The position numbers and the translations under genes were made by a program. Below the pieces are notes generated by a model, which saw nothing but the letters and a program-made list of their open reading frames with translations, was not told where the DNA came from and searched no databases. DNA of 64,000 bases from a virus. Taxonomy: Duplodnaviria > Caudoviricetes. Each line of letters opens with the position of its first letter. The first letter of the stretch is position 1. Below are positions 1 through 9,619 of the stretch, one piece after another. The stretch spans positions 96,001-160,000 of IMG/VR virus record IMGVR_UViG_3300031555_003442; one strand, written 5' to 3'.

Positions 1-2
1 AT

Positions 3-182
3 ATCCAACTCGGCTACTACTGGGAAGACAGTTTCGACGTGGTGGCCAACCCCGAGAATTTCAACCTTCGGTCAAACTGGATGTACCGCCAGGTCGACCT
101 CAACACTTTCAAGGTTCTCCTTAAAGACGTGGTCGATGGAATCAAGAAATCAAAGGAAGTCGAAAATGCTGAGACAGATTAA
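3..182 (+). CDS. hypothetical protein, 5'-truncated by window edge
   Basis: Open frame IQLGYYWEDSF...ENAETD* ending in TAA at 180-182, overlapping the next start. Confidence 0.6.
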   Translation: MQLGYYWEDSFDVVANPENFNLRSNWMYRQVDLNTFKVLLKDVVDGIKKSKEVENAETD

Positions 183-441
183 CAATGATTATGTCAATCT
201 TAATCTAATCGAGGTCGTACGCCCGATTGAAACGGACGGTAAGGTCACTGACTACGAAATCATTTTGGTTTCTGGCCGTACTTACATGGTCAACAAGAAA
301 GTAGGCGATTCTATCCGCCTTGCTATGAACGGGCGTAATGCAAAGGTGGTGGTAGAACGGGCCGCACCTAAGAAGTCGCCCGCCGACCTTCAGACCGTTT
401 TGCAGGCAGCAAGGAATGTTAACAGCCCGTTTAAGAGGTAA
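166..441 (+). CDS. hypothetical protein
   Basis: ORF with AAGGA RBS before ATG 166. Confidence 0.65.
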   Translation: MLRQINNDYVNLNLIEVVRPIETDGKVTDYEIILVSGRTYMVNKKVGDSIRLAMNGRNAKVVVERAAPKKSPADLQTVLQAARNVNSPFKR

Positions 442-447
442 GTTAAA

Positions 448-1074
448 ATGGCTGATTGGCTTAATAATATCAAAGCATGTGGTGACCCGCAACTTGAACT
501 CCGTGCCGTGAAACTCTTCGAAGAGTTCAAACAGGTTGTTGTCAAGGCTGGTGTCGAAAATCCTGACGAATTTGCTGAAAACATGTTCGACCGAATCATG
601 CACCTTTACAAGAGCACCGAAAGGGTGTATCACGTAGGCCCGCATGACAACGTAATCGACTCGTTCTTCGCAAAGTATCGGTTCCTTAGCAATTTCGAAC
701 CATGTACGGTCGTGTACGACGGAATGACCTATTCTTGCTCAGAGGCTGCATATCAGGCTGCAAAGACGACAGATGTATCACTCCGTATCGCTTTCACTAC
801 GATGAACGGCTCTAAGGCTAAATACGCTGGTCAGAAACTCACGTTGCGACCCGACTGGAACGACATCAAGGTGAATGTGATGTACGAAATCGTTAAGGAC
901 AAGTTCAGCCGCAATCCAGAATTGAGAGTAAAGCTACTCAATACGGGTGACTTGCAGCTCATCGAGGGAAACTACTGGGGTGACACCTTCTGGGGAGTCT
1001 GCAACGGAAAGGGCGAAAACCACCTCGGAAAGATTCTGATGAGGGTCCGCAAGGAACTGTCCGAAACACCGTAA
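448..1074 (+). CDS. NADAR (YbiA-like) family protein with N-terminal extension
   Basis: FLSNF, SEAAYQAAK, KFSRNPELRVKLLNTG, LIEGNYWGDTFWG and GENHLGKILMRVR motifs. Confidence 0.92.
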   Translation: MADWLNNIKACGDPQLELRAVKLFEEFKQVVVKAGVENPDEFAENMFDRIMHLYKSTERVYHVGPHDNVIDSFFAKYRFLSNFEPCTVVYDGMTYSCSEAAYQAAKTTDVSLRIAFTTMNGSKAKYAGQKLTLRPDWNDIKVNVMYEIVKDKFSRNPELRVKLLNTGDLQLIEGNYWGDTFWGVCNGKGENHLGKILMRVRKELSETP

Positions 1075-1089
1075 TTTTCAGGAGTTCAC

Positions 1090-1428
1090 ATGTTGCATTT
1101 TGCCCCAGTAAAACGTGACGAAGACCAGAAAGTCGGGTATTCAACGCTTGGCGGAGTTTACCTCCATGGCACTTTGGAGACGTTTTTCGATTACGACCTC
1201 GTGACTATACACACATTGGACGTTCTTGAATTTTTGGAAGGGGAAGAGAACGGATTTGACGGTGTCGAGGTAGTTGTCGAGGGATATCCAGATAAGGTTC
1301 TGCTGTATGCATGGAAACCCACAGGAAATTGCCCACTCCCACATCGTGGGATTCTTGTAGATGCAGGTGACACCAAGTCAATCTGTTATGCGAAGGCAAA
1401 TTTCGATAGAAGGAGTGCATGGCTATGA
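1090..1428 (+). CDS. hypothetical protein
   Basis: ORF with AGGAG RBS, in operon. Confidence 0.7.
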   Translation: MLHFAPVKRDEDQKVGYSTLGGVYLHGTLETFFDYDLVTIHTLDVLEFLEGEENGFDGVEVVVEGYPDKVLLYAWKPTGNCPLPHRGILVDAGDTKSICYAKANFDRRSAWL

Positions 1429-1688
1429 CCTACATTTATTGGGAAGATGAATTCAAATGGGGCATGTATGGCGCCCATGGCAAGGGTGGAGTACCAGGAA
1501 CTGGAATTGTCGTTAACCCGACTGCTCCGTTTAAGGGTGTATGCCAGCGTTGCGGTAAGCGTCTCAATGTCCGCCATTACCCGTATTCCCCCGTAGATAA
1601 CAACTTCGGCGTATATTGTGAACACTGCATGAAAGAAATTGACGAGGAAATGTCGGCTCCCGACGAGTTTTCAGAAGAAGAGCTTTAA
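1425..1688 (+). CDS. hypothetical Zn-ribbon protein
   Basis: CQRC...CEHC; AGGAG RBS; ATGA overlap with upstream stop. Confidence 0.65.
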   Translation: MTYIYWEDEFKWGMYGAHGKGGVPGTGIVVNPTAPFKGVCQRCGKRLNVRHYPYSPVDNNFGVYCEHCMKEIDEEMSAPDEFSEEEL

Positions 1689-1709
1689 ACATTAACAAGG
1701 AGAAATACC

Positions 1710-1919
1710 ATGGCAAAGGAATTTGAAGTTACATACACGGTCAAGCGTAAGTTTACCATCCCCGATACGGCAACGGATGAAGAATACGATGCCATGAAGG
1801 ATATGGTGGTCGCTGCCATGTCCAAGGAAGGAGTTCAAGGTGACGTGAAAGTCAAGCTCACCGATGCCCCTGACGAAATCAGGCAGAAGTACATCATCAA
1901 CAAGGAATGCCAGGATTAA
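1710..1919 (+). CDS. hypothetical protein
   Basis: AAGGAG RBS. Confidence 0.7.
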   Translation: MAKEFEVTYTVKRKFTIPDTATDEEYDAMKDMVVAAMSKEGVQGDVKVKLTDAPDEIRQKYIINKECQD

Positions 1920-1940
1920 ATCTGAAAAGGAAATATCTTT

Positions 1941-2579
1941 ATGGGAAAGCAGCCCTACAGTAAAAAAGAAATTGAGGGACGAATCGCCTCGTTCAAGTCC
2001 AAACTTGACGAGATGTACAAGATTTTGTACGAGGCACAGTTTGTTCCGCATAATAGTCACTCCAGGGACATGTTGTATGATGCGATGGACCATGTGGAAC
2101 ATTGGCTTCAATGGCATACAAACGAGTTTGAACGTGAAGATATATTCAATGGAATCCGTAAAGCCATCAAACGAGATGCGGAAAAATATGGGTTCCCAGC
2201 GTATGTCAACAAGACTACATTCTGTTCTTTGTTGCATGTTGATGAACTTGCCGCCAAGTTGATTGACGGAACATATCACCTTGTTCCTATTCCGACATCG
2301 TATGAAGAATATCGTTGGTGTACTGGATATGAGCCAGAGGATGGCATGGTGTGTTTCAAACTTATTGTCAAAGACAATGACGACAATCAAGTTGGCACTT
2401 ATTCTTGGACTGAATGTCACACCAAGGAAAAGGCCTCCGAGTGTAGGGAACCTTGGATGATAATTAAGGATTGCCCACCTAGTAGGAAACGTAATCTCCC
2501 GCCTACCGATGAAATAAAGCCAGGAGACAAATTTTCTGACTATGACACAAAGAAGCCGAATCTTACCGACCTGTTCTAA
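1941..2579 (+). CDS. hypothetical protein
   Basis: 212-aa ORF with AAGGA RBS. Confidence 0.75.
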   Translation: MGKQPYSKKEIEGRIASFKSKLDEMYKILYEAQFVPHNSHSRDMLYDAMDHVEHWLQWHTNEFEREDIFNGIRKAIKRDAEKYGFPAYVNKTTFCSLLHVDELAAKLIDGTYHLVPIPTSYEEYRWCTGYEPEDGMVCFKLIVKDNDDNQVGTYSWTECHTKEKASECREPWMIIKDCPPSRKRNLPPTDEIKPGDKFSDYDTKKPNLTDLF

Positions 2580-2589
2580 TGGAGAGATG

Positions 2590-2850
2590 ATGGAATATAC
2601 AGATGATGAACTGGCTCAGGCGGATTTCTATGGGGTCAGCCCTGATGTAATAAGGGCGAAGCTGAGGCCGACTGAACATCGTATTCTTGTGAAGGAAGAC
2701 GGCAAGCTGTGTTCGAAGGTTGTATCCGATGCCGAATACAAGGAGCTTAACAGACCGAAATTCAGCAATCGTACTGGAAAGTACGATTCTGAACAGCAAA
2801 GGTATGGCTCATCTTTCAATGTTCGGAATACCGTTTTTGGCAATGTTTAA
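2590..2850 (+). CDS. hypothetical protein
   Basis: GGAG RBS; ends just before a terminator. Confidence 0.65.
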   Translation: MEYTDDELAQADFYGVSPDVIRAKLRPTEHRILVKEDGKLCSKVVSDAEYKELNRPKFSNRTGKYDSEQQRYGSSFNVRNTVFGNV

Positions 2851-2990
2851 TCCGCATCACTCCGATGCGGGTTTTCTTTTTGTTCTTGTTCTACCTTGTA
2901 CTGCATGTCCAGTACCAGACGGGTATTTGCGTTCGGGTCGCTGTTGGTTAGCATCAGGTGGGTATCGACTGGGTCCAAATAGGTGTTCAT
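2847..2990 (-). CDS. 47-aa hypothetical protein, not in ORF track
   Basis: GGAG RBS then MNTYLDPVDTHLMLTNSDPNANTRLVLDMQYKVEQEQKENPHRSDAD*; fills the intergenic gap. Confidence 0.45.
   Translation of the reverse strand: MNTYLDPVDTHLMLTNSDPNANTRLVLDMQYKVEQEQKENPHRSDAD
2851..2881 (+). terminator. intrinsic terminator
   Basis: CCGCATC-actcc-GATGCGG hairpin followed by a T-rich tract. Confidence 0.7.
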
Positions 2991-3035
2991 ATCGTCTCCG
3001 TTGCGGCAATGTTAAAATATATTTTTGGCGATACC

Positions 3036-3064
3036 TTGCCAGGATTGAAAAAAATATGTATATT
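3036..3064 (+). promoter_or_regulatory. sigma70-type (early) promoter
   Basis: TTGCCA-N17-TATATT. Confidence 0.7.
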
Positions 3065-3095
3065 CATAAAAAGTCTTTATACAGGAGCGTTCAAA

Positions 3096-3500
3096 ATGAG
3101 AATCTTGAAAGTTTGTGCCGATGTGCGTTACACTACGGACGCAGAAATCTTTAACCCAGATACGAGCAAGTTCGAAGAGGACACAAATGCCAAGATGCCC
3201 TGTCTGAAGGGAACCAACTGGTGCCCCGAAGTCGATGTCGACCGTGGTGTAATCATCAACTGGACGCAGGGTGTTGAAGCTATTCTTCACTACAAGGTTT
3301 GTGACTGCTTCTCGGCGGAATTCCTTGTTGACGGCAAGAGCACTCTCAAACCCTACGAAGGATATGTACCTGACTGCATGTGCCCTGCGGACGAGGGATA
3401 TGGCGACTACATCGACATGCATGTTAATCCCGACGGTTCAATCGATGATTGGAAACTGTCTGTGTTCGAACGTTTTCTGTTTGGCTGGGAGAACGCATAA
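3096..3500 (+). CDS. conserved phage hypothetical protein
   Basis: AGGAG RBS; HYKVCD and YVPDCMCP..EGYGDYI motifs seen in phage hypotheticals. Confidence 0.75.
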   Translation: MRILKVCADVRYTTDAEIFNPDTSKFEEDTNAKMPCLKGTNWCPEVDVDRGVIINWTQGVEAILHYKVCDCFSAEFLVDGKSTLKPYEGYVPDCMCPADEGYGDYIDMHVNPDGSIDDWKLSVFERFLFGWENA

Positions 3501-3952
3501 TGTCCCTGGATATCATCCTTAAATGGGGAAAGGGCCGTGGACGGAAGTCCGACAGCCGCAACATCACCCACAATGCGGGTAAGATTGCCCAGCACGTAGT
3601 TCTCTACGATTTTCAGGGCGAGGGCCAGGTTACCCTCTATGACGTGCTGTGGAACCATGCCGACAAGAAAATGAAGGCGAGGGAACTCATCGAGGACCTT
3701 AGCAACGGGTTGCGCCTTCTTTCCGAAAATGCCAAACAGCTGAAACGGTACGAGACTATCATCAAGAAAGAACCCGAGATGAAAAACGGGAAGATGGAAA
3801 TCAGGAATCTCCCCAAGGAAAAGTGGTATGTGTGGGGTAGTGTCGAGGAAACGGACCAGTACGGGAGAAGATTCGGTCTAATCCCGTTCGTTGAAGACAT
3901 CCTGCTTCTCTGCATCAAGCATCCTGAAGCCGACGTTGAATGGAGCCGCTAG
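3500..3952 (+). CDS. hypothetical protein
   Basis: TAATG coupling with upstream gene. Confidence 0.7.
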   Translation: MSLDIILKWGKGRGRKSDSRNITHNAGKIAQHVVLYDFQGEGQVTLYDVLWNHADKKMKARELIEDLSNGLRLLSENAKQLKRYETIIKKEPEMKNGKMEIRNLPKEKWYVWGSVEETDQYGRRFGLIPFVEDILLLCIKHPEADVEWSR

Positions 3953-3953
3953 C

Positions 3954-4457
3954 ATGATTACAATAGACTATTTCAAAAAGATTTGCTGTAACACCCTCGG
4001 GGAAAAGAACTGCCGTTTCGAGTATATCAAGGAACCGCCTGATGGGGATATCTACACCGTCCAGTGCTGGTTCAAGAACGAGAACAGCCAGTTTGCCCTT
4101 GAAGAACGCAAGGTCGCCTCAATCTTCCTGTATGAAGACGGTTCGTCTCTTGTGTGCGTCAAACCGTATGGCAAGCACGATTCGTACGGAACCGAATGGC
4201 GCTTCAAGTTCAAACGCCTCATGAAGAAGCACACTCTCGTGTATGTCAAGTACGACAGGCTTATCGAAGAAATGGCGATGGACTTCAAGAACATGTTCGG
4301 CAACACCGAAGAAAGTATCTACTCCCTGTTCTGGTCTATTTACGGCATGGAATGGCCTCCTGCGGCCTATCAGATGGCTTCGCATCTTGTGGAAGTCATG
4401 CGTTTAAGGGACAGAAGAGCAACAATAGAAGGAGGCGACAATGCCCAATCTACCTAA
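3954..4457 (+). CDS. hypothetical protein
   Basis: GGAG RBS, tight operon spacing. Confidence 0.7.
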   Translation: MITIDYFKKICCNTLGEKNCRFEYIKEPPDGDIYTVQCWFKNENSQFALEERKVASIFLYEDGSSLVCVKPYGKHDSYGTEWRFKFKRLMKKHTLVYVKYDRLIEEMAMDFKNMFGNTEESIYSLFWSIYGMEWPPAAYQMASHLVEVMRLRDRRATIEGGDNAQST

Positions 4458-4926
4458 ATTCTACTACCGTGACCTCAAAGTCCGTGGAACCTGCTACCAG
4501 GAATTGCCTGAACGGGATATCTTCATCCGTAAGTACGTCGGGAGGGATGGATTCGAACGTGAGAAGTGGATACGCAGACATCCGAAGTTTGATGCAAAGT
4601 GGCGTTACCACCACATGGTCGAGAGGGCCTTGGCGAATGGCGAGGCACCGACCCATCCTCTCATGATGAGACGCTACTTCTTCAAGCGTTGGTTCACTAC
4701 TATGCAGAGTGAGTTCTGGCAGCACTTCCTACCTGAGTTCAAGCTAAGTATTTTGAAAGAGCTGATGCGTATGGTCAACCAATATGTGAATACGGGGAAG
4801 GTAGGCGAGAAGATGGCCGAAAAGGGAACCAAACTCGATACCGTATTTTCTGTCTTTCTGCACTCAGCACAGAACGTTGCCATAAAGAAAATGGAAAAGA
4901 ACGTAGATTCAATTCCACTGGAGTAG
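4441..4926 (+). CDS. hypothetical protein
   Basis: GGAGG RBS. Confidence 0.7.
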   Translation: MPNLPKFYYRDLKVRGTCYQELPERDIFIRKYVGRDGFEREKWIRRHPKFDAKWRYHHMVERALANGEAPTHPLMMRRYFFKRWFTTMQSEFWQHFLPEFKLSILKELMRMVNQYVNTGKVGEKMAEKGTKLDTVFSVFLHSAQNVAIKKMEKNVDSIPLE

Positions 4927-4937
4927 AAGGAGTTAAC

Positions 4938-5279
4938 ATGTTCAAATACGTCATGAACAGTTTCTGGCTGGACTTTCAGCTGTTCCCGCATTTCATGTGC
5001 TACATCCTCGGTGTCGCCATCAGCGATATCATCATGTTCGCAATCTTGCTTTTATACCATCCAGCGATAGGACTTGCGGTATGCGCTGTTGCGGCCTTTT
5101 CGGCTGTCTGCGCCATTAAAATGTATGGTGACGGCATGGATGAATCCCACCACGACATGTACATCACCTACATGATGGTGTCGGAAATCCTCTCTGGTGC
5201 AATCTTCATCCATGTCGCATGGTGGTTATTCAAAATCCCGTTGACCATAATCGAATACCGCAAGCTGGAACAAGAATGA
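4938..5279 (+). CDS. hypothetical membrane protein
   Basis: About three hydrophobic segments; AAGGAG RBS. Confidence 0.7.
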   Translation: MFKYVMNSFWLDFQLFPHFMCYILGVAISDIIMFAILLLYHPAIGLAVCAVAAFSAVCAIKMYGDGMDESHHDMYITYMMVSEILSGAIFIHVAWWLFKIPLTIIEYRKLEQE

Positions 5280-5872
5280 AAATCTATTTCGTTAGACACG
5301 CCCCAACTTCCGCAAACAGTACTGGCACCATGACGGTCGGCTACGAGAATGCCGACATAACGCTGTGGGACAAGCCAGAGGACTGGGAAGAAACCGTAGG
5401 TTGCCACATCCCCGACGAGGCACGCAGGGTAATCCTCAGTTCCCCGACAAGGCGTTGCATCAGCACCGCAAAGCTGCTGTTCGATAGATGTCCGACCGAG
5501 CTGAGCGAACTTCTCGGTGAGTTCGACTGCAAGGCCCTCGGCCATTTGAAATTCTGGGCGATATCCGCAGCTGAGTTCAACCAGAAGGTGTTCCTGCCCG
5601 CAGCAACTATGGAAAGCCGTGCAAGAGCCATCCTGAGCGAACTCGTGAACAATGTACGGCATGAGGAACAGGTGGATTCTTTTGTCGCCATATCCCACGG
5701 TATGGTGATACGCTACATGTATCATTTTCTCAACGGCAACCCAGGCATTTCCGCCTACAAGGTAATCAACTCGGTTGGATTCCGCTTTTCGAACCTCGAC
5801 CTGCTCGTGGTTGACACCGACAAGTTAAAAACAGAGGCCTACCACTGGAAGGACCCTATAAAGCATGCGTAA
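5276..5872 (+). CDS. histidine phosphatase (phosphoglycerate mutase-like) family protein
   Basis: IYFVRHA, SSPTRRCISTA, LGEFD and ISHGMVIR motifs. Confidence 0.85.
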   Translation: MKIYFVRHAPTSANSTGTMTVGYENADITLWDKPEDWEETVGCHIPDEARRVILSSPTRRCISTAKLLFDRCPTELSELLGEFDCKALGHLKFWAISAAEFNQKVFLPAATMESRARAILSELVNNVRHEEQVDSFVAISHGMVIRYMYHFLNGNPGISAYKVINSVGFRFSNLDLLVVDTDKLKTEAYHWKDPIKHA

Positions 5873-5947
5873 AGATGCCAATATATTGGCGGTTTCGTGT
5901 AATTTCGGCATGAAAGCGCTAACATTTTGGCATAACAGGAGCAAACA

Positions 5948-6214
5948 ATGAAACTGAGACTTATTGAATATCCCCGAGAAAACAAGTCGACTGTTTGGAT
6001 GATTCAGACAGAAGAGGCGAATGGCACGAAAGAATACCTTTACTTCTTCATGGGACATATTGCACATGCAAGAGAAGACGACGAATTGGCGAAAAGTCAT
6101 GCCGAATTCTACGATTATATCCGTGCTGTTGGTGCTTTTCACGCCATTAAGGACATGTTAACTCGTGCAAGGCACAAAGGTGGGCCACGAGTGGTTCTGG
6201 AAGAGGATATATAG
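5948..6214 (+). CDS. hypothetical protein
   Basis: AGGAG RBS. Confidence 0.65.
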   Translation: MKLRLIEYPRENKSTVWMIQTEEANGTKEYLYFFMGHIAHAREDDELAKSHAEFYDYIRAVGAFHAIKDMLTRARHKGGPRVVLEEDI

Positions 6215-6571
6215 ATGATGAATTTCATAAAGTTTGAATATCTGGTTGCATGCGCCATGTATACGTACGGGACGCAATGTATCACCATGCGTGACCTGAA
6301 CGAATACCGCATGAAGCTGGAGGCCGAGTTCAAGAAGCGGAATATCGAAGCGATGTTCCTGTTTTCCAGCAAGTATGCCTATGAATGCGTACACGACAAT
6401 CCCGACGTATTCGAGTTAATATGTGACGGGACTGCCGTTCGCCGCAATGACGAGGTATCTATTGACGACCTTATAAGCAAGTACCTGTCCTACATGTCGA
6501 ATGACGACCTGCTGGCGGTAACCGCCGTCAAGAATGCGTTGGATGAAAAAGTTATCGAGGTTAAAAAATGA
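6215..6571 (+). CDS. hypothetical protein
   Basis: Abuts upstream stop. Confidence 0.65.
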   Translation: MMNFIKFEYLVACAMYTYGTQCITMRDLNEYRMKLEAEFKKRNIEAMFLFSSKYAYECVHDNPDVFELICDGTAVRRNDEVSIDDLISKYLSYMSNDDLLAVTAVKNALDEKVIEVKK

Positions 6572-6711
6572 CTTTCAGAGAATACAGGAAAGCGGTCAAG
6601 GAAACCGTTGTATGGTTCTGGAAGGATATTGTCTACCAGGCGGGTGACACGGCAAAGACGCTTCGAATTGCAGTTAAGTTCGTGAAGGCTTCCGTTCCAC
6701 GGAGTACATGA
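6568..6711 (+). CDS. 47-aa hypothetical protein, not in ORF track
   Basis: ATGA overlap, GAGG RBS; MTFREYRKAVKETVVWFWKD... Confidence 0.45.
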   Translation: MTFREYRKAVKETVVWFWKDIVYQAGDTAKTLRIAVKFVKASVPRST

Positions 6712-6790
6712 TATCGTTGAACTCCTTGTCGCTCACCGAGGACAGGTAATCTTTAAGCTCCTTTATGATTGCGTCATTTTTATCTGCCAT
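6674..6790 (-). CDS. 38-aa hypothetical protein, not in ORF track
   Basis: MADKNDAIIKELKDYLSSVSDKEFNDIMYSVERKPSRT*; AAGGA RBS and its own promoter. Confidence 0.5.
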   Translation of the reverse strand: MADKNDAIIKELKDYLSSVSDKEFNDIMYSVERKPSRT

Positions 6791-6821
6791 AATTGGTATC
6801 CTTGTTTTAATTTCTTATCTA

Positions 6822-6850
6822 AATATAGTTAAAACTATCCACACGGTCAA
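6822..6850 (-). promoter_or_regulatory. sigma70-type (early) promoter
   Basis: TTGACC-N17-TATATT on the minus strand. Confidence 0.65.
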
Positions 6851-6878
6851 GATTTTAACGAAATTCCCTGACGACCTC

Positions 6879-6907
6879 TTGCCAAGCGGCATCGAAATAG
6901 GTATATT
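6879..6907 (+). promoter_or_regulatory. sigma70-type (early) promoter
   Basis: TTGCCA-N17-TATATT. Confidence 0.7.
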
Positions 6908-6938
6908 TATAAAAAAGTTTCATTACAAGGAGAAACCT

Positions 6939-7223
6939 ATGTTCGGTATCGAACCTAATCTTGACAAAGTGTTCGGCGGAATGTTGAAGCCGAAGCAGCA
7001 GAAACTCGTTGACTACACGCAGTACCGTATGGAACGTGATTCCGTCCGATACGAAATCTTTGGCCGCAAGGTGTGCAACTCAGCCCTTATGTGGCATGAG
7101 GATACCCGCTTCTGGTTTGACCGTGAAAACATGGTCATCGTCCCCGAATTTAGCCCGTACATGGATGTTATGGGTGCCAAGCTGTTCCCTGATACGCTGG
7201 CCCGTTACGGAATCCACGCTTAA
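6939..7223 (+). CDS. hypothetical protein
   Basis: AAGGAG RBS before ATG 6939, downstream of promoter. Confidence 0.7.
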   Translation: MFGIEPNLDKVFGGMLKPKQQKLVDYTQYRMERDSVRYEIFGRKVCNSALMWHEDTRFWFDRENMVIVPEFSPYMDVMGAKLFPDTLARYGIHA

Positions 7224-7240
7224 TCCGTTCGGAGGAAACT

Positions 7241-7981
7241 ATGGGTGAAATCCACGAGTACATGAGCGCATATCCTTACTATGACGAGAACAAGTGGTGT
7301 TGGTCCATCGAGAACCCGAATAAGGATAACGCCCTGTTCATGCGTTACCGTGCCAGGAAGGACAAGAATTACCGCAACATGGACAAGCTTCCGTTCTTCG
7401 ATTCAATCGAGAAGGATGCCAACCAGTTCGGGATGCATTCGTGTACCTTTACCGACATCTTCGGAATTACATGGAATGGAACGAAGGGTTGTCAGATGGT
7501 TTCTGACGACCCTGACTACGAGCAGCACCTGTACTACTATGACGAGGACAGCGACGGGTACCTTGTCTCCGACGAGTACACGCAGGACAATCCGCCCGCT
7601 GATTTCGTCAAGCTGCGTAACCCGAGATGGGATATGTGGGTTGATGTCAAGGGTATCAAGACGCTCTACTACAAATGGGTTCAGAACAATAACCACCTGT
7701 TCAAGGATTCCGTGTTCTATGCGGAATACGATGACGGTACTAAGCTTTCGTTCTACGACGTGATGGGTCTGATGCACGGACTGAAACGTCTTCGTCCAGA
7801 CCTCTACGATGGTGTCCTTCCAGAAATTGAACGCCATTTCGAGAACCTGCGTGATAACGAACGTGCCGAAGTCAGGGAGTTCTGGCCGGGGATGACCGCC
7901 CGGGAGTATTTCGACAAATGGAACAATGCCATGGACTACTCCGAAAAGACGGGTGAGCCAATCCCTACGGACGGGGCATAA
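7241..7981 (+). CDS. hypothetical protein
   Basis: 246-aa ORF, GGAGG RBS. Confidence 0.8.
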   Translation: MGEIHEYMSAYPYYDENKWCWSIENPNKDNALFMRYRARKDKNYRNMDKLPFFDSIEKDANQFGMHSCTFTDIFGITWNGTKGCQMVSDDPDYEQHLYYYDEDSDGYLVSDEYTQDNPPADFVKLRNPRWDMWVDVKGIKTLYYKWVQNNNHLFKDSVFYAEYDDGTKLSFYDVMGLMHGLKRLRPDLYDGVLPEIERHFENLRDNERAEVREFWPGMTAREYFDKWNNAMDYSEKTGEPIPTDGA

Positions 7982-8001
7982 TTACAATTAAAGGAAAAAA
8001 G

Positions 8002-8511
8002 ATGAAAACGATTCGCAACTCGGTTTTTGAAACCAATTCCAGCTCCTGCCATGTAATCACCTTGCTGAACTCATACGAAATGGAACAGTTCAATAATGGT
8101 GAACTGCTCGTCGAGTTCGGCAGGAGCCAAGGCGCAAAGATTGTCGCAAACTTCGTTGAGAAGTTCCGTTTCGGCTATGAACTCGAACGCTTGCAATTCG
8201 GCTACGATTACAAGGAGGAAAAACCCACCTATTACGACCTTCCGAGGGAAAGCTTGGGGAAACCGAGAGATGCCTTGTGGGATTTGCTTCAGGAAGGCAT
8301 GAAGACTCATATCGAACATTTTGATGACAAGGTTGCCTCGATATTCTCTGATGTCGGTGTAACGGATGATTTGTATATCGAACGGGTTAAAAGCTACATC
8401 GAAGACTTTGCTGGTGTATCGACCGTTAATCACCTCATGGAAGACATGACGACATACACGATGCCTAACGGCGAGGTTATGCATTTCAGTTGTCATGAGT
8501 TCGAGTGTTAA
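8002..8511 (+). CDS. FETNSSS-motif phage hypothetical protein
   Basis: N-terminal MKTIRNSVFETNSSSCH, typical of a widespread uncharacterised phage family. Confidence 0.75.
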   Translation: MKTIRNSVFETNSSSCHVITLLNSYEMEQFNNGELLVEFGRSQGAKIVANFVEKFRFGYELERLQFGYDYKEEKPTYYDLPRESLGKPRDALWDLLQEGMKTHIEHFDDKVASIFSDVGVTDDLYIERVKSYIEDFAGVSTVNHLMEDMTTYTMPNGEVMHFSCHEFEC

Positions 8512-8512
8512 T

Positions 8513-8956
8513 ATGAGAACGTGGCTAAAAATAAGTATCCTCAGGAGTGCTGCTGACAACGGTTACCGTCTGGCGATAGACGGTACGCTGATTGACCAGA
8601 AGCCACCTGCGGGTTCATCCGACATTGAACTGAGTACCCACAAGCTAGCCGACCTTCTTGACCTTGACACCCTCGTTGATATGCTCAAGTACAAGAATGA
8701 CTGTGAAGAGTTGAAAAAGCTCTTCTTCGTCTCCAACAGGGAGTTGTCCGACTGGGTTGACGCCAAGAAGGGACGCCGTATTCATGTGGTCCAGCCGAAC
8801 CAGATGATTAACCAAGGGGTATCCCACGATACTTGGCCGTACACGGAAGACACGGCGGAACTTAACGCCAGGAACGCAGGAGACATCTTCGTTGTCGAAG
8901 CGGGCTCCAGCACCCTGAACCACCTTACCCGAAAGGCTATCGGATTGGAATTGTAA
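8513..8956 (+). CDS. hypothetical protein
   Basis: Operon spacing. Confidence 0.65.
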   Translation: MRTWLKISILRSAADNGYRLAIDGTLIDQKPPAGSSDIELSTHKLADLLDLDTLVDMLKYKNDCEELKKLFFVSNRELSDWVDAKKGRRIHVVQPNQMINQGVSHDTWPYTEDTAELNARNAGDIFVVEAGSSTLNHLTRKAIGLEL

Positions 8957-8969
8957 TGCGGAGAATGAT

Positions 8970-9293
8970 ATGGATGAGATGATTCCGTCCAGGGCTTTGG
9001 AAATCACTTTGGAATGGCTGGCGAAGTTCAACCGTCACGAGTACTTCACGAAGGAACTCTACAAGAAGCTACCCGCCTACAAGGAATGCGGCATTCGCCG
9101 TGAGAAGACCGAAATCCAGGTTGCGTTCATCTGCAAGGCGTTGCGGCTGAAAGGCATTTATACGACCCCTTGCGGAGTCGCCTGGTCCCACATCTGGGAC
9201 GATGTCGGGACCGTAGACCTATATCTTGAACGGTACGAGCCTATCATCGAAGGCTACGTGAAGTGGTGCGAAAAACAGAGCAAGAAGGGATGA
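8970..9293 (+). CDS. hypothetical protein
   Basis: GGAG RBS. Confidence 0.65.
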   Translation: MDEMIPSRALEITLEWLAKFNRHEYFTKELYKKLPAYKECGIRREKTEIQVAFICKALRLKGIYTTPCGVAWSHIWDDVGTVDLYLERYEPIIEGYVKWCEKQSKKG

Positions 9294-9514
9294 ATATGAT
9301 TGACGAGGTTCATAACAGGACGTTGCTTATGGAACATAACTTGAAGACCTCCCTCCTGTGGAAGAATATCTACAAGTTTTCATCCAAGTGGAATCTGGCT
9401 ATAATCTGCGTTGCATTTCCAGAAGCCGTCCTAGAACAACTGAAACGGGATTTTGTTGCGGCTTATCCCGACAAGGATTTCGACACCGAGTGGGAAACCT
9501 GCAAGGCCGAATAA
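9290..9514 (+). CDS. hypothetical protein
   Basis: ATGA overlap. Confidence 0.6.
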   Translation: MNMIDEVHNRTLLMEHNLKTSLLWKNIYKFSSKWNLAIICVAFPEAVLEQLKRDFVAAYPDKDFDTEWETCKAE

Positions 9515-9619
9515 ACCGATGTCCCGTAGTTTAACTGGAAAAATGTGGCCCTCCGAAGGCCAAGACGTGCGTGTTCGAATCACGTCGGGACAACTACACA
9601 TCAAACCATGGAGATTCTT

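Noticed and set aside
5877-5930. Palindrome GCCAATATATTGGC and a single TAACATTT upstream of ORF 5948
   Set aside because: Short, single occurrence that cannot be distinguished from chance
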